Shown in pieces: positions 39,695 to 52,026 of a stretch of 64,000 bases of DNA (position 1 is its first letter; every line of letters begins with the position of its first letter). Origin of the DNA: Blasia pusilla (taxonomy: Eukaryota); NCBI GenBank assembly GCA_050084515.1, contig CM114271.1, positions 14,260,001 through 14,324,000 on the forward strand. Reading direction: 5' to 3'. The position numbers and the translations under genes were made by a program. The notes below the pieces were generated by a model. That model was not told the origin of the DNA, made no database searches, and worked only from the letters and a program-made list of their open reading frames with translations.

Positions 39695-42600
39695 TATCCA
39701 CTTTTTCGGGCTATTCACCAAGTACTCACTTTAAAGTATAAAAGATGACATAGAACATATGTAAGTCATCTTTCTCCCTTCAATTCACTGGAATCTAATT
39801 CAACTATAAAAAGCTCAGCCACTACTAGTTAACAAAATGCCGACATTGAAACAGTGCATGCCCAACATGTAACCGGTGACCTGATTCCCATCAACTGGCT
39901 AGATGCAAGCTAGACTCTGACTTTTACACATCCCAGAATGCATGGCAGGGGAAACTTCTTCACTGGAATCTGTGAGTAGATGGATTATGGAGTATTTGCC
40001 CATTTGGTTCTATATTTTAAAATTAGGTTTTTTGTGAATCCTTTTCACATGAAAGGATCTTTATATTTGATTTTTGTTCGTGATCATGTTCAGAAAGTCA
40101 GTGGGCATGGATTTCAATTCTGTGTGATACAAGTAACTGAACATATTCTCTTAAAATGTGACAAGAGAGGACGATTGTCACATTGAATGCAATCTGATTT
40201 CTTAAAGCCGAGCTAATACTCGGCACAAACATGCCCATTCAGTATTCTACTTAGCCATACGGCAGGCTGTAAGGCATGGCAATCCCCTACATGTCAAACA
40301 AAAAGCGAATACAGCTCAGGGTTGATGGCGACCACTATAAACAGATTGTACTCACTAAGTAACGCTTCCTCCATGTTCCTAACACCTGATTGGACAAAGT
40401 TAAGGAACGAGAGGAAGAAAGAAGTCTATGAGAGGAGGTAGATACTCTCCTCTAGGTTGAGGTTGAAGCGTTGTTGACAAGTTTCCAGGTTTCAGCCAAG
40501 AAATATAATCTACCTTACCTCAAGCAGGACCCCACAAACACCACTTATGAGTGCAGCAGCTCTGGGTTTTCCGCCTAGGCTATAAACAATGGGAAAAGGT
40601 GCAACGGACATCGATGGGGACGAATTGGAGTTTGTCTTCAATGAGATGAATGGAGATCCACCGGAGCTCGCATGAGGTCTGATACCATTGCTACTGTATG
40701 AGATTGACATTATTCTGAAAGGGGACTCTTCAGTTTACCTGAAAGTGCTCTCGAGGTTCTGTGATAAATGATCAATTGAAGTCAACCTGCAAAGACCAAA
40801 ATAATTGTCTTTGGATCCCAACTCCTGGCTAGCCAGTGATTGCACACCTTCACATTTGGCCAAGAGGTGAGAAGGGAGTTGATAGAGATTGTGGATGAGT
40901 GCATCCACCTCAACAATCAGTGGAGAAACAATGGCAGTCGCATGAAAGGTAATGCAAAGTTGAGATGTCTATACCTCCTAAAATTAAATTGCGAAAGGAA
41001 GGAAATGTGGAACTCATTGCAAAAGCTCATCTCTTCAAAGCCATGGTCATCCTGGCCAAACTGTATGTTTCTGAAGTTTGAGGGCCAGCCTCAATGAATG
41101 GCCTCAAGGACTTGATGCCACTCAAAAACTCTTCTATGTGACAATATCTGGGGATTACAAGAACAATGCCCCATGATTTGATACTTGCTGATTCAGCGAG
41201 GTACCAATTGAGATTCATACTATCAAAAATCTGATCACATTTCTGAAAGAACTCGAAGAATTCACAACACCCATATCTCTATCTATCAGCTGGGGTAGAC
41301 ATCAGAAGAACTGGGAGAGCAGCAGCCACATGTGTGGGAAGAATAATAAAAAGAATAAGATGTTATCATGGGAGACCCACAAAGCAGACCTATTATATCT
41401 CTGCCCCCAGGCCCACTACACTTTGTCATCCATTCGCTAGATTCAGATGTTGATCAACTCACCTGGAGCCAGAGAACGGAAAATCCCAGACGAAGAGAGA
41501 AGATAGATTGTGCAAACATTGCAATTCCAGGACTCTGGATGATGAAGAGCACCGTCTTTTCAAATTGCAATTACCATGATGGCATCAAACTAGAGTTCCC
41601 TGATTTCTTCCAGCGCCCTACTCTCACAATCACTGATTTCATGGCGAGCAAGACACCGATTTCGATTGCAAGATTCTCACAGGTGTGTGCAAGCTAGAGA
41701 GCATTTACCTGGAGAGAGTACCTCGTATTCCTCTTTAGTTCTGCTCTGCCTTGTTCCACAATTTGCAAATCAAAGTCCCATGGCCCTTTGGGTCCCCGTG
41801 GACATTCTCTCCTAGCATCGTCCAACCAGGTCTAGGACGACAGGCACTACTTAATGAGTACAGTCTCTCTCGGGTCTATGGTTGCAAGGCTACGACAGGC
41901 ACACATTAACGAGTACAGTCTCTCCCTCGGACAGGAGGCAAGATAGAATGCTCAATTTCGTGAATCTCGTACACAGACGGAGAAAGGAGCAGTGGTAAGG
42001 AATTGATTGAACACTATGGAGAGTCTGAGGCAGCTCAAGAGTACAGGAAAGAAAAACCCTCTGAATGAATGCAGCAAGTACTCGACAACAAGATACGAAT
42101 TTTTTTGGTGCCAATCTGCTATTGGAACTGTAATTTGCAGCACCGTCTTCGTCCGCGTCCAAATGTCCATTTTCTGTACACTAAATCCTGGCAGCACTTC
42201 TCTGGTACTTGCTCTGAGCTATCTGAGGACTTTTCATTTCAATCTTTTCCACCTTACCACACAGTCAAATTCGTAATTTTGAGAAGCAAGAAACACTCCG
42301 ATATGCTCGATGGTTTGTAGTGGCCACCCATGCTTATCTAGAAACGTCAGGATGAAATACAGGAAGCGCTCATTCTGATTTCGACGAGACAGTTTCGCAG
42401 CGAAGTATCCCCAGTCTCACGCGGACGTAGCTGGCTATTATGTGTACACATCTGACTTCTCTTTAGTTTCCACCATCGCGACGAGAAGAGGAAAATTGTG
42501 GCAGCAAAGTTCCAAAAGAAACGACGCACCGCAGTATCCCCCAGGGACGTAGAGCGAATGTGAATGGAATGAATGGACGTAGCAACCACTCGGATACAGA

Positions 42601-43948
42601 AAATTGCATTTGAACACACCTTTGACTGCGCCAGCTGCGATTAAACGTAAATAGTCTGTACCGATACTTCTCTTCTCTCCTGTCCTGCCCTCGCTGCCTA
42701 CGCGTTCCTCTACATGACAAAGGAAAAAATCGTTGAAAGGCGCATATCCTCAGAGGATTCCAATCTGCGTAAGAATGTCCAAAGCTTTGAAGGCCACAGA
42801 TCTAGAAGCAGATTATCATTACCACTCGCAGCGACGTCCTAGCTCTGAAGCGCATTGCGTGCCATTTGCTCTCATGAATAGGCGGTGCTTTCTTCCCTCA
42901 ACCTGATTTCAAATTTAAGTCAAGAATTGCTTAAACCCTAACGTGCAAAATCACTCCAAGTCTGCACAAACAGCAACCCACCATAAGAAAAAAGCCGCTT
43001 CTTCCTTGAAGCCCTATCCAAGATTCCAAACATCAACTCAAATGATGGAATGGGCCAAACAGCTCTGGGCCTCCTGTCTTTAAATTAAAAAAACTTCATA
43101 CAGACAATCACCCAGCGAGGATTCCAGCAGCAACTATCCGCCGACCGAACCTGTGACGTCAGTGAAGAGCCTACGTATTGTTTTCCTCTTCTCAGAAGCT
43201 GCAGGTTCGAAGTGAATCATCTCAAGCTTTGCAGAGAGTCCAGGGCTTTCCACACCAGGCGGTCTTCGTTCCCTGCTCTAATTCTTTCTCGTTACAGGAA
43301 CTCGTTGGTGATCCGGTATGAGCTACAGTACATGGAAAGGCTCGCTCCACGGCGGAAGGAGCTCCTTCCCTCTGACGTTTCTTAATCCTTCTTGATCCTC
43401 ATTGCGACTATATAATAAATATCCTTGGCACATACTGCCTGTTGCTAGACTGTCTCCAAATACTCTACAAGTTTGTAGGTAGAGTGTTTCTGGTAAACCA
43501 GGTTCACACGTATGGTTTACTGCTAGGTCTGCACCACTTTTGTACGGGCTATATTTAAGTTGCTGCGACGAGAATGAATTCCACTAAGAGGTGGTAACAA
43601 TTGTGAATTGTGTGACTACATTCAAAAAATGAGGGAACGCGTTCGATGAACTAAGTGAGTTGAGGATGAAAACTCCAGACGTTCTTGAGGCGTTGGTGTC
43701 ATCAGCAGCAAATCTGGAAGAAGGAAGAAGTAGAGCGCATGGCTCAGATCAAGGACCAGAAGTGCTGGCTGGGTGTATTGCAGATTCAATGGAGCGAGAG
43801 GGGAGGCGGATCGACGATGTCCATTTGAGTAGTGGCTTTTGGGCGCAGACGAATCAGGTGCTGCGAATTACAGTTCCCAAGGCAGTTTATCACAAGAAAA
43901 TTTCGTATCTTGTCGTCGGTAGCCGCTGCTTCCATTCATAGAGCCACG

Positions 43949-43952
<4 letters not shown>

Positions 43953-43984
<32 letters not shown>
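43953..43984. repeat. (GA)n microsatellite
   Basis: Perfect GA dinucleotide run upstream of the RanBP2 zinc-finger gene. Confidence 0.95.
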
Positions 43985-43988
<4 letters not shown>

Positions 43989-44495
43989 CATAGCCTTGCG
44001 AATGTAGACCATAGACGGTGCTAGAGACTGGGATAGGTGCAAAGAGAGCAAGAAGCGGCGAAGGTATCATATGAGAGGAGGGAGACTCTCTCATGTATTT
44101 GTGAGTGCCATGAGAGATTGAACCCATCGAGTAGTGACTGTCATACCCTTGCGACCATACACCCAGCGTCCTGGCTGGACGGTGCTGACCAGAGAGAGGG
44201 AAAGAGATTTTGTGCATGAGTAGTGCAATCTTTCTCTCCATGCAAGGGCCGTGGACTGAACCTTCCTAACAAAAATGGATTTTTGGCCGCTGCAGCTGGC
44301 AACTACATTGCAGAGATTTTGTGCATGCTAGTGGTCCGCCGTAGAGATCAGAAAAATAGAAGCAAAGAGACTGGGCGAATTTGAACTGTCTTCAAGCTCG
44401 GGGGCCTGGAACTGCCCACGGTGCTTGTGCTAAAATCAAGGTTGCAGGGGTATCTCAGACTGAGTTGCAAAGTGGGTTGTGGTGGTGTTGCAGTG

Positions 44496-46824
44496 ATGGC
44501 CACAGTCACTGGAGCGAGGGAAGGAGATTGGAAGTGTGGAGGATGTGGGAATAGAAACTATGCGTTTCGATCCATATGTAATCGTTGCAAACAAGCCCGG
44601 CTTTTAGTCGATTCTCAAACTCCATGGGACTCCAAGTGGCTTTCTCGCATCGGCGACTGGATCTGCGCTGGTTCTACTCCCTCCCTGTGTCTCTTTCTTG
44701 TCTCATGTATTGGCTGTTGTTTTATCCATCTTGCTTCATAGAGGTGTCTTGTGGTTAACCCCTCGGGGAAAGCCCTAGACCAGTGAGGTAGTAGCTTGAG
44801 TGGCATGGGGATTTCTTCACGACGACCTTGCTTTGCTGGGACCTATATGCCAAACACTATCTTCGAAAGTGTTTGCCTGCTTCTAGGCAGTTTCAAAGCA
44901 CATCCATAGATTGCCATGTATGTCCAAAGGAGTTCTTCAAGGGCATCCTGTTAGCATGTGTGAAATAGGGTGGGGGTTTGTGTGTGGTGTATCCTGGGTT
45001 GTGTGCTTTGGGCACCCTCACCCGTTTGTCTTGCACTGATGTCTGCAACCTTGGAAAACGGGGTTGGATGGGAGCGGTCATAAGGTTGCAGCAACAACAA
45101 TTATGCCTCAAGAGAAAAATGCAACAAATGCAGTCAACCTAAAGAAGTTGGCGCTCTGGCGCCTCAGGCGATTGCTGTTCCTGGACCAGTGATTGCTGAA
45201 GGGCTAGCACGCGGAGTGAATGTGGGATCTCAAACTCCTATGCCCATGATTGTGCCCAGCGTATTAGGCAGGACATGGCCTTGGGACCATTTTGCTGGAG
45301 GTTGTATGACCAGCAATGTGCCTGGTGGTGTTAACTTTCGAGTGGGTGATTGGATCTGCGCTTGTGGCTTCCACAATTACTCTTCCAGGGTTATGGTAAG
45401 CTGTAGGTGACAACACTTATCACGTCCTTCTGAGTCTACCCCTTGAGTTCTTGGGTGTATCTCAATGCTCATTCATGAAGGCCAATTGAATGCTTGGTGG
45501 GAACAATTTATCCAGGAAATTTATCAAGGCAGGGTCTGCGGTTTGCACCGGCATTCTATTATAGTTCTGTTGAGAAAAGTGGTTTGTGTTTTGTGTGAAT
45601 GAACTCTAAAAAGTCTTATACTCTGGTTGCAGTGCAAACAGTGCCATACTCGAACAACAAGTGTTGTAGCAGAAGCAGGAGCTGCGGTTCCTACTGCATC
45701 TAGTATGCCTCCACAGAACTTTACGCTTCAAGGTGTATGTTCCTGACATAAAGTTTGCTAAGTTACATCGTGATGCACATAATGTGATCCTAACCAGTAT
45801 CATTTTCCAGTTTTTTCTTTGAATGAAATTCAACCACCCTGTACAGCGCATGCTTTCAAAATCTGTGAGCACATTATGACAGACGCTTTGTGTTTTGTGG
45901 CATTAGAGTCTGAGGGTTTAGTCACTGTTTTCGATGCAGGTTCTGGGACTAAGCGCCTGGCCACAGAAGTGGTGGGTGGTGACTGGGCCAGTAAGCGACT
46001 CATCATGGGGATCGATAGTTCCAGTAACCATCATCAAAATCCTGTATGTATCAAGCTATTTTCATTTGAGTCAATTTTTAACAGCTCTTGTAGTTGTAAG
46101 TGAATCCTTTGCCTTGAATTGTTGGCCATTGGATGTCATACTAATAGATGGTCGGGTTTAGTTGAGCTCCCAACAACAGCAGCAACTGCAGCTAGTCTAT
46201 TCTGGTTTAGATGAGAGAGCGAAGTTCTTCTCCGGGCAGCCATTAGTGTCAGGAGTACAGGGAGGGATTGGTGGGCCACCTCTGGCAGTTCTGAGTTCCC
46301 CCCAAATGCCAGCTGCCTTGCAAGTCTCAGGTTTAGTGGTGCAACCTGCCCTTCTGGGAAAGGGGTAAGTTGCACACTGTCCCCAACCATTCGTTTTTCC
46401 TGGATAGGATTTCTTTGAGATCTCCATCATGAGGCTGCTCTGTGGTGTTTTGAATACATCTTATGATCCTACTGCTCCATCAACAGTCAGAAACTACAAA
46501 GAATGTTGTATGCTCCAGAGCAAAGCAATGGCGAGTAGGTGATTGGATGTGCACGAGTTGTATTAACCACAATTTTGCCTCTCGCAATACTTGCAATCGG
46601 TACGTCTCATCTGTTCTTGATTTTTTCTATACTTTGATGCGTGTATTACCTTAAACAGGTCAAACAATTGATGAGTTTCCTTTTTTCACCTTAAACTCTA
46701 AACCCTAAACCCTAAACTGACATTAATTCTTTTTGCCATGTTGATACTCTTGACATATTCGTTGCACCTGTCTTCATTCAATAGCTGTGGCCAACCAAAG
46801 ACAGCAGATGAACTAATCGTTTGA
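44496..46824 (+). CDS. RanBP2-type zinc-finger (putative RNA-binding) protein with four fingers, At2g17975-like, 7 exons
   Basis: Exons in phase: 44496-44670, 45085-45395, 45633-45732, 45940-46043, 46162-46364, 46519-46599, 46785-46824. Fingers GDWKCGGCGNRNYAFRSICNRC, GDWICAGCSNNNYASREKCNKC, GDWICACGFHNYSSRVMCKQC, GDWMCTSCINHNFASRNTCNRC. Confidence 0.9.
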
Positions 46825-48738
46825 CGACAACGATTGCCAAAGTTTTGGTCGCAACTTTGGACTGACATGTGTAGCAGTAGTAGGTACAATTTAAAACTGC
46901 AAGGGGTACAATTTAAAACTGCAAAGTTCCTAAATAGCTAAGTGTAGTACCTTCACAGATGGTGTACATGGTGTGAAAGACTTGAGGGAAAGACACTCCC
47001 ATAGCGTACTGTATATTAGTCATATTGAGGTTATTTATCTCCTTGAGGTGATCGTAAGCAGTTTTGAGCGTACTTAACTTATTTTTGACAAAGCAATGAA
47101 TTATTGTTTTAATCTTAATTCTTCCTAGTGTTTGAATGCATGGTGACTTAGCACTCTACGCATGCCAGCATTGAGGTTCAAAGGTGGATACTTACCATTC
47201 TGTGATATTCGGTATATTAGCCAATGGAGGTTAATTACAGTTCTCTCGAGGTGATTTCAAGTAGTTTAGTGGCTACTTCAATTCTTTTCTTCCTCGATGA
47301 AAGTAACGAGTGACTGTTTCCATCTGAACTCTTGTAAATGTTTATTTGAATGGTGACTCAACACATCAAGCATGCCAGCATTGAGGTTGAGAGGTGGTTG
47401 CTTACCATTCTTTTGTATCTTGTAAATAGCCAGTGTAGGATTGGTACTCGTGCTCTCTCCTTCCGTGTCAAGAACAGCTCCTCACGCGCATTCACATCTG
47501 ATCGTCTCAATTTCTTTCAAAATTTCCCCTTTGAAAACTGCGTTTTTGGTGTGGTCTACGATCACAAGCTTGTTGCATTTCTTGTCCTCGTACAATCTGT
47601 GATGAGGTTGCTTTCCCTTAGTTCTTCTAGTTTAGAAAAAAGTTGACGCTACCATCTGTTAGCTTCCAAAAGGGATGCCAGCGTTTCTGAATGCTGTAAT
47701 GGCGCTTTTCGTGATTTCTCTGCTGGCTAAGGGAACACGCAAACTGAAGCGGGAGATTGAAATTTAGCTTCCCCTCTGACTCTGGTCTCATCACTCGATG
47801 ACATGCGGATGCGGGATCCTAGACATCCTCTCCCCAGCCTTGTTAACTGCCAATGTTCGTTATTCCTGGAGAAGGTGGACACTTGTGCAGCCTCTTTAAA
47901 AGATACTGGATAATTTCTCACTATATTGGATTAATGCCACGAGATCGAGCTTTTGTCTTGAGAGATGAAGGAGTTTTTGTTTTCTGCAATCAAGTTAAAG
48001 GCCCCAGAAGTGTCAATGCCAAGCAAATCTTTGCCTTACCTTGACATGTAGGGCTAGCTCCCCTTACCTTGTTCTGCCACCGCAAGGCTGATGAGAGCCT
48101 TGAGTATCGACCGGGCTATTGGTATTTGACAACCAGTCAATGGAGGGTTACTACCTGAAGCGAGGGAATGTGTTCACATGGATATCATTTGATGAGCAAG
48201 GAGGTTCAGTTGTCACTTTCAAAAAGATTAGAAATATGGGATGTATTGAACAAGACGATATACAGAAAAGGATACGCACAAAGTGTCTCCATGCGTAGTC
48301 ACTAGACATATTTCTTAGCGTTGTGGGTGCAAAATTTTGGATTAGGAGATTACTGTCGGTCTACATAACTAAGCAGATAGGAGTGCAGATTTTCGAAGGG
48401 CCCTTCCAGTCTTTCTTGTCACAGCAAAAGTCTCTTCGAATCTGGTTCCCCATGTGACAAAGGAAAAAGGTTCTCAACGACCTCTCGACTCTAACTTTTA
48501 TTTGTACATTTTGGAAAGATTGTCTTTCCCTGCCTGCTCTCCCTCGCACACTCTTCTACTCTTTTCTGATTTCCACGCTGGTCTAAAACCGGAGTCTTGC
48601 ACATTGATGGGAAGACCCAGGTAGTCATTACCACGAAGTTATCTTCTCCAAGTCTCCTCTGTGACACGGAATAATTTTTTCACGTAGAAGCTCTAATGCT
48701 TCGACACGCACCTACGTAAACCCCACTGCCTTCTGTCG

Positions 48739-51737
48739 TCAAGTTATGCGAGCAACCCACCATTCTGGTGCTGCTGGACATAGAGGTTCCAAAGAGTCGA
48801 ATACATCTGCAGCAAAACCTGAGATTACGCTATCTGGGCTACAAGAGTCGGAATCCTTGCCCTCAGGCTCTTGCATGGTCTGATCACTTGAGTAAAGCAT
48901 CGGAAGTTTCTCCCACTGCTGGCTGTTGCTCAGGAAGGTGGGTAGCTCGGGACTGAAAATCTGACTGCTCTGCATAGACGATGCCTCTGTCTGAAGTAGA
49001 AAGTCAAGGTAGTTGTTGTTTTGTTGCTCTGCAGATAGAGGAACTCCGAATTCCCTGGAGTTGTTCAGGATAAGAGGTAGGCCTACGTCTGGCAACATTT
49101 GGACGGAATCGGGACTCCCATCATTCCCAGGATGATGCTCGAAGCAAGCTCTTGCATCCCGCCTTGACCTGGGTCTGCGCTTCACAGATCGAGCATTCCT
49201 AGGGGTGACCATCAAAGAAGAATGCTGGTACATGACAGAGCTATGCCTTACGTCATCAGGGAGACACCTCCCAGATTGGGTGAAGTCCGAGTCAGTGAAA
49301 TGGGAGTCACCAGCAACCATATCCTGAAGCTTCAGGCTCAAAACATCTTCAACTTCCAAAGAATTGAAAGGCTGGACTGAATGGCGAAGGCGCATATGCC
49401 CTGGTGGTTCCCTGAACGCATTGTCATCTTCAAACATGAAGGCAGTCACAAAGCCGGAGGAGACTAATCCTGTCCCCGATGGACTGTGTACCTGCAACCA
49501 CAAAGAATGCGCCGCATTCAAAATATTTCTTCGAAGACTCCTCAAAAGTAGCGGCAAAGCTACTAGCACGACCCGAGTACATTCGCAGTGTGACAACTAC
49601 ATAAGTATCAATGGATTCCTGGAGCTAGTTGATCTCATCTTGTCTAGGAAAAGCAAAAAAAATCTTTTCGAGATATTTTATTACCCACTTTAGGAAGATA
49701 TTTTATTATTACCCACTTCGGATATAACCCTCTGGTATGGTATAGTCATATCCGAAGTTATATCGATACTCCCGAAATCGCTGCTTCTCGGTTCAGGAGC
49801 TGGGTCTATGGTTGCAAAGCTACGACAGGCTCTTCCTAATGAGTATTCTCTCTCTCCATGGACAGGCACAACAAAATAAGAACAGTCTCTCATAGCTCCG
49901 TTCCACCACGGGGTCAATCCTTGCATGGTTACGAAAGGATGGGATTTTCATCACAGCATTACACTTGCCATCTTAAATTTCAAATAATATTTAAAAATTA
50001 GGTGTATGGATTTAAAATTTACGTCCAATCTCTTTCCCACACATCTGGTGCTTCCTTACTTTTTCCTTCCATATGCATCTGAGTCCCACGAGGTCTACGG
50101 TCGTAAGCCTACGACAGGAAGAGCATAGCAAATTTGATCCTATCGCAGTGGTCGAGGTCTTTTCGATAAAATTCGATGGACGGGTGGCTTAGAAGGTTCA
50201 TACCATTTACAAGCAATTTATGTGGGAGAGATAACCAACCTGGAGCCGAATGATGAAAGTGTAGTATGACGCAAATAAAAATAGGAAATTGAAAGTGGAA
50301 GAATACTGCGACATGCGGAGAGCATACACGCGGGTGGGGCCAGAACGCACCTGGAAAGCTCCAAAATCGGTAATCGAAGGATCTTTACTGAGGTCCGACG
50401 TATCAGCAGCAGCATCGGTACTGCCAGAGGGCATTTTCGGGCGCTGCAGGGCACGCAAAATGCGTTTCTGTCGAGTGCTCCAAAAATTTTTCACGTCATT
50501 ATCAGTACGTCCGGGAAGACACGAAGCTATTTTGGCCCACTTGTTTCCAAGCTTAGCTTGCATCTCCACCACCAGTTTTTCTTCTTCTGGAGAGAATTTA
50601 CACCCACTCCTGCAAATTTGATCGCACATCGTCCTATTCAGAAGATTTTGTCTGAACAACTGAGTATCTTCCGGAATACTAGCAAGATGCTCAATCCATT
50701 GGCATGCGTCACTTTGAAAGGTGAGGTTTTACTTCCAAAAGTCCAACAGTGATAGTAAAATCATCAAAACGATTGTCCAAATTGTTCTGAGCGTTCTCAC
50801 AGTCAGCTACATGAAACCCATCGCCAGAGAAACAGATATACTCTCCATTTGCTAGTTCTGTACCATCTAAGCGTTCACCGATGATGTATTAGGCCTCTAA
50901 GAACAAGGCCTCGCTTACATTTCAGCACTAAGTCGTGTACTTTAGCTAAAATTATGTTACATTTGTACGAGTAACAGCAAGAAAGATTTCCGTTCAACCA
51001 CGTTGGTGTGCAGGCAAGAGAAAATTAAGATGCACTGCCTCAAGGAATCATCGCTTTCCTTGTATTTGCGCGAAAAACGGAGAGACACTTAAATAAAGGC
51101 GGATACAGGAATTGTTCCGATGTATCAGGACTATACATCAAATACTGGATCAGGATGATATAAGGAAACTTCTCAACTACTTTGGTCGTATTTACTGACA
51201 GATACTTGCGACTAGGAGTGGATGCCTAAGAAATATTTGTGAAGGAAACGAAGAAGTGAATAAAGGCTCCGAATTGATTTTGATGAAGGGTACATGTTCA
51301 ACTCTCATCTTCAGACTTTGACGACTTCAGAATTTTCTCATGGCTGCTTTTCTATCATACACTGGCGAAAATAAATGCCTCTGTATGCCCCATGCATGAT
51401 GGTATAACGATTACTTAGGATGAAAACATGATTTTGAACGGAGCCTCTAGCTTAATTCTTGAGCTGGTGGATAAAAGTTGTCTAGACTGTAAAGCAAACG
51501 AAATTGGGATACTAAAAAAAGATGAGATGAGATATGGTACCTTTTTAGATCAGGTTTGAGCTTATTGACCCAGCGTAAACGACAAGACTTTCCAGTTCGA
51601 GGCAATAAACCTTTGGACCGAATAGAACTCCAGTCGCGTGCACCAAATTGGCGCACATATTCTACTAGAATTTCGTCCTCTTCTGGCATCCACGGGCCCT
51701 TCCGTAAGACTTCATCCCCATTCTGAATTGTCTTCAT
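48739..51737 (-). CDS. DUO1: R2R3-MYB transcription factor DUO POLLEN 1 orthologue (sperm differentiation regulator), 3 coding exons
   Basis: Exons 51737-51541, 50609-50351, 49491-48739. DUO1-diagnostic RDWSSIRSKGLLPRTGKSCRLRWVNKL, GCKFS linker, NFWSTRQKR, and acidic C-terminal SPDSVISGFAADVFDSLEP. Confidence 0.9.
51612..51632 (-). promoter_or_regulatory. Putative miR159/miR319 target site within DUO1 exon 1
   Basis: mRNA-sense TGGAGTTCTATTCGGTCCAAA (encoding WSSIRSK), the position of the known miR159 site in angiosperm DUO1; one mismatch plus several G:U pairs. Confidence 0.55.
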
Positions 51738-51976
51738 CGTACATGCACCAGCGCTCGCAAGAGAATTGGTGGTGACCAAGGTCGATTCAATCGCCCGTCA
51801 TGGGACTATCACTCTGCTTGAAACTAATCGCGTATGAAGTCGGATTATGTTAGCCTGCAGGGATGATGTATCCATAGTAACGTTCACGGTTTCAGTGAGT
51901 GATGGGATGGTATCAGCCAAAAGAAGGAAGGCGTTTCTGTGAACCATGGCCAATTCAGATCAGCCAAGCTTGGAAG

Positions 51977-52026
51977 CTGGATGGTGTTTCGCTTATTCAA
52001 AGGTGAATAAGCGAAACACCATCCAG
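51977..52026. repeat. Perfect inverted repeat, 23-bp stem with 4-nt loop
   Basis: ctggatggtgtttcgcttattca-aagg-tgaataagcgaaacaccatccag. Confidence 0.97.

Noticed and set aside
46692-46718. Telomere-like (TAAACCC)n
   Set aside because: Only 2-3 units in an intron; a common telo-box-like sequence, not an interstitial telomere.
47010-47420. Diverged ~200-bp tandem duplication 3' of the RanBP2-ZnF gene
   Set aside because: Real but old and without any sign of function.
49690-49926. Extra DUO1 coding exon
   Set aside because: Exon 2 joins exon 3 in phase without it, its candidate donor is phase 1, and it overlaps the dispersed repeat.
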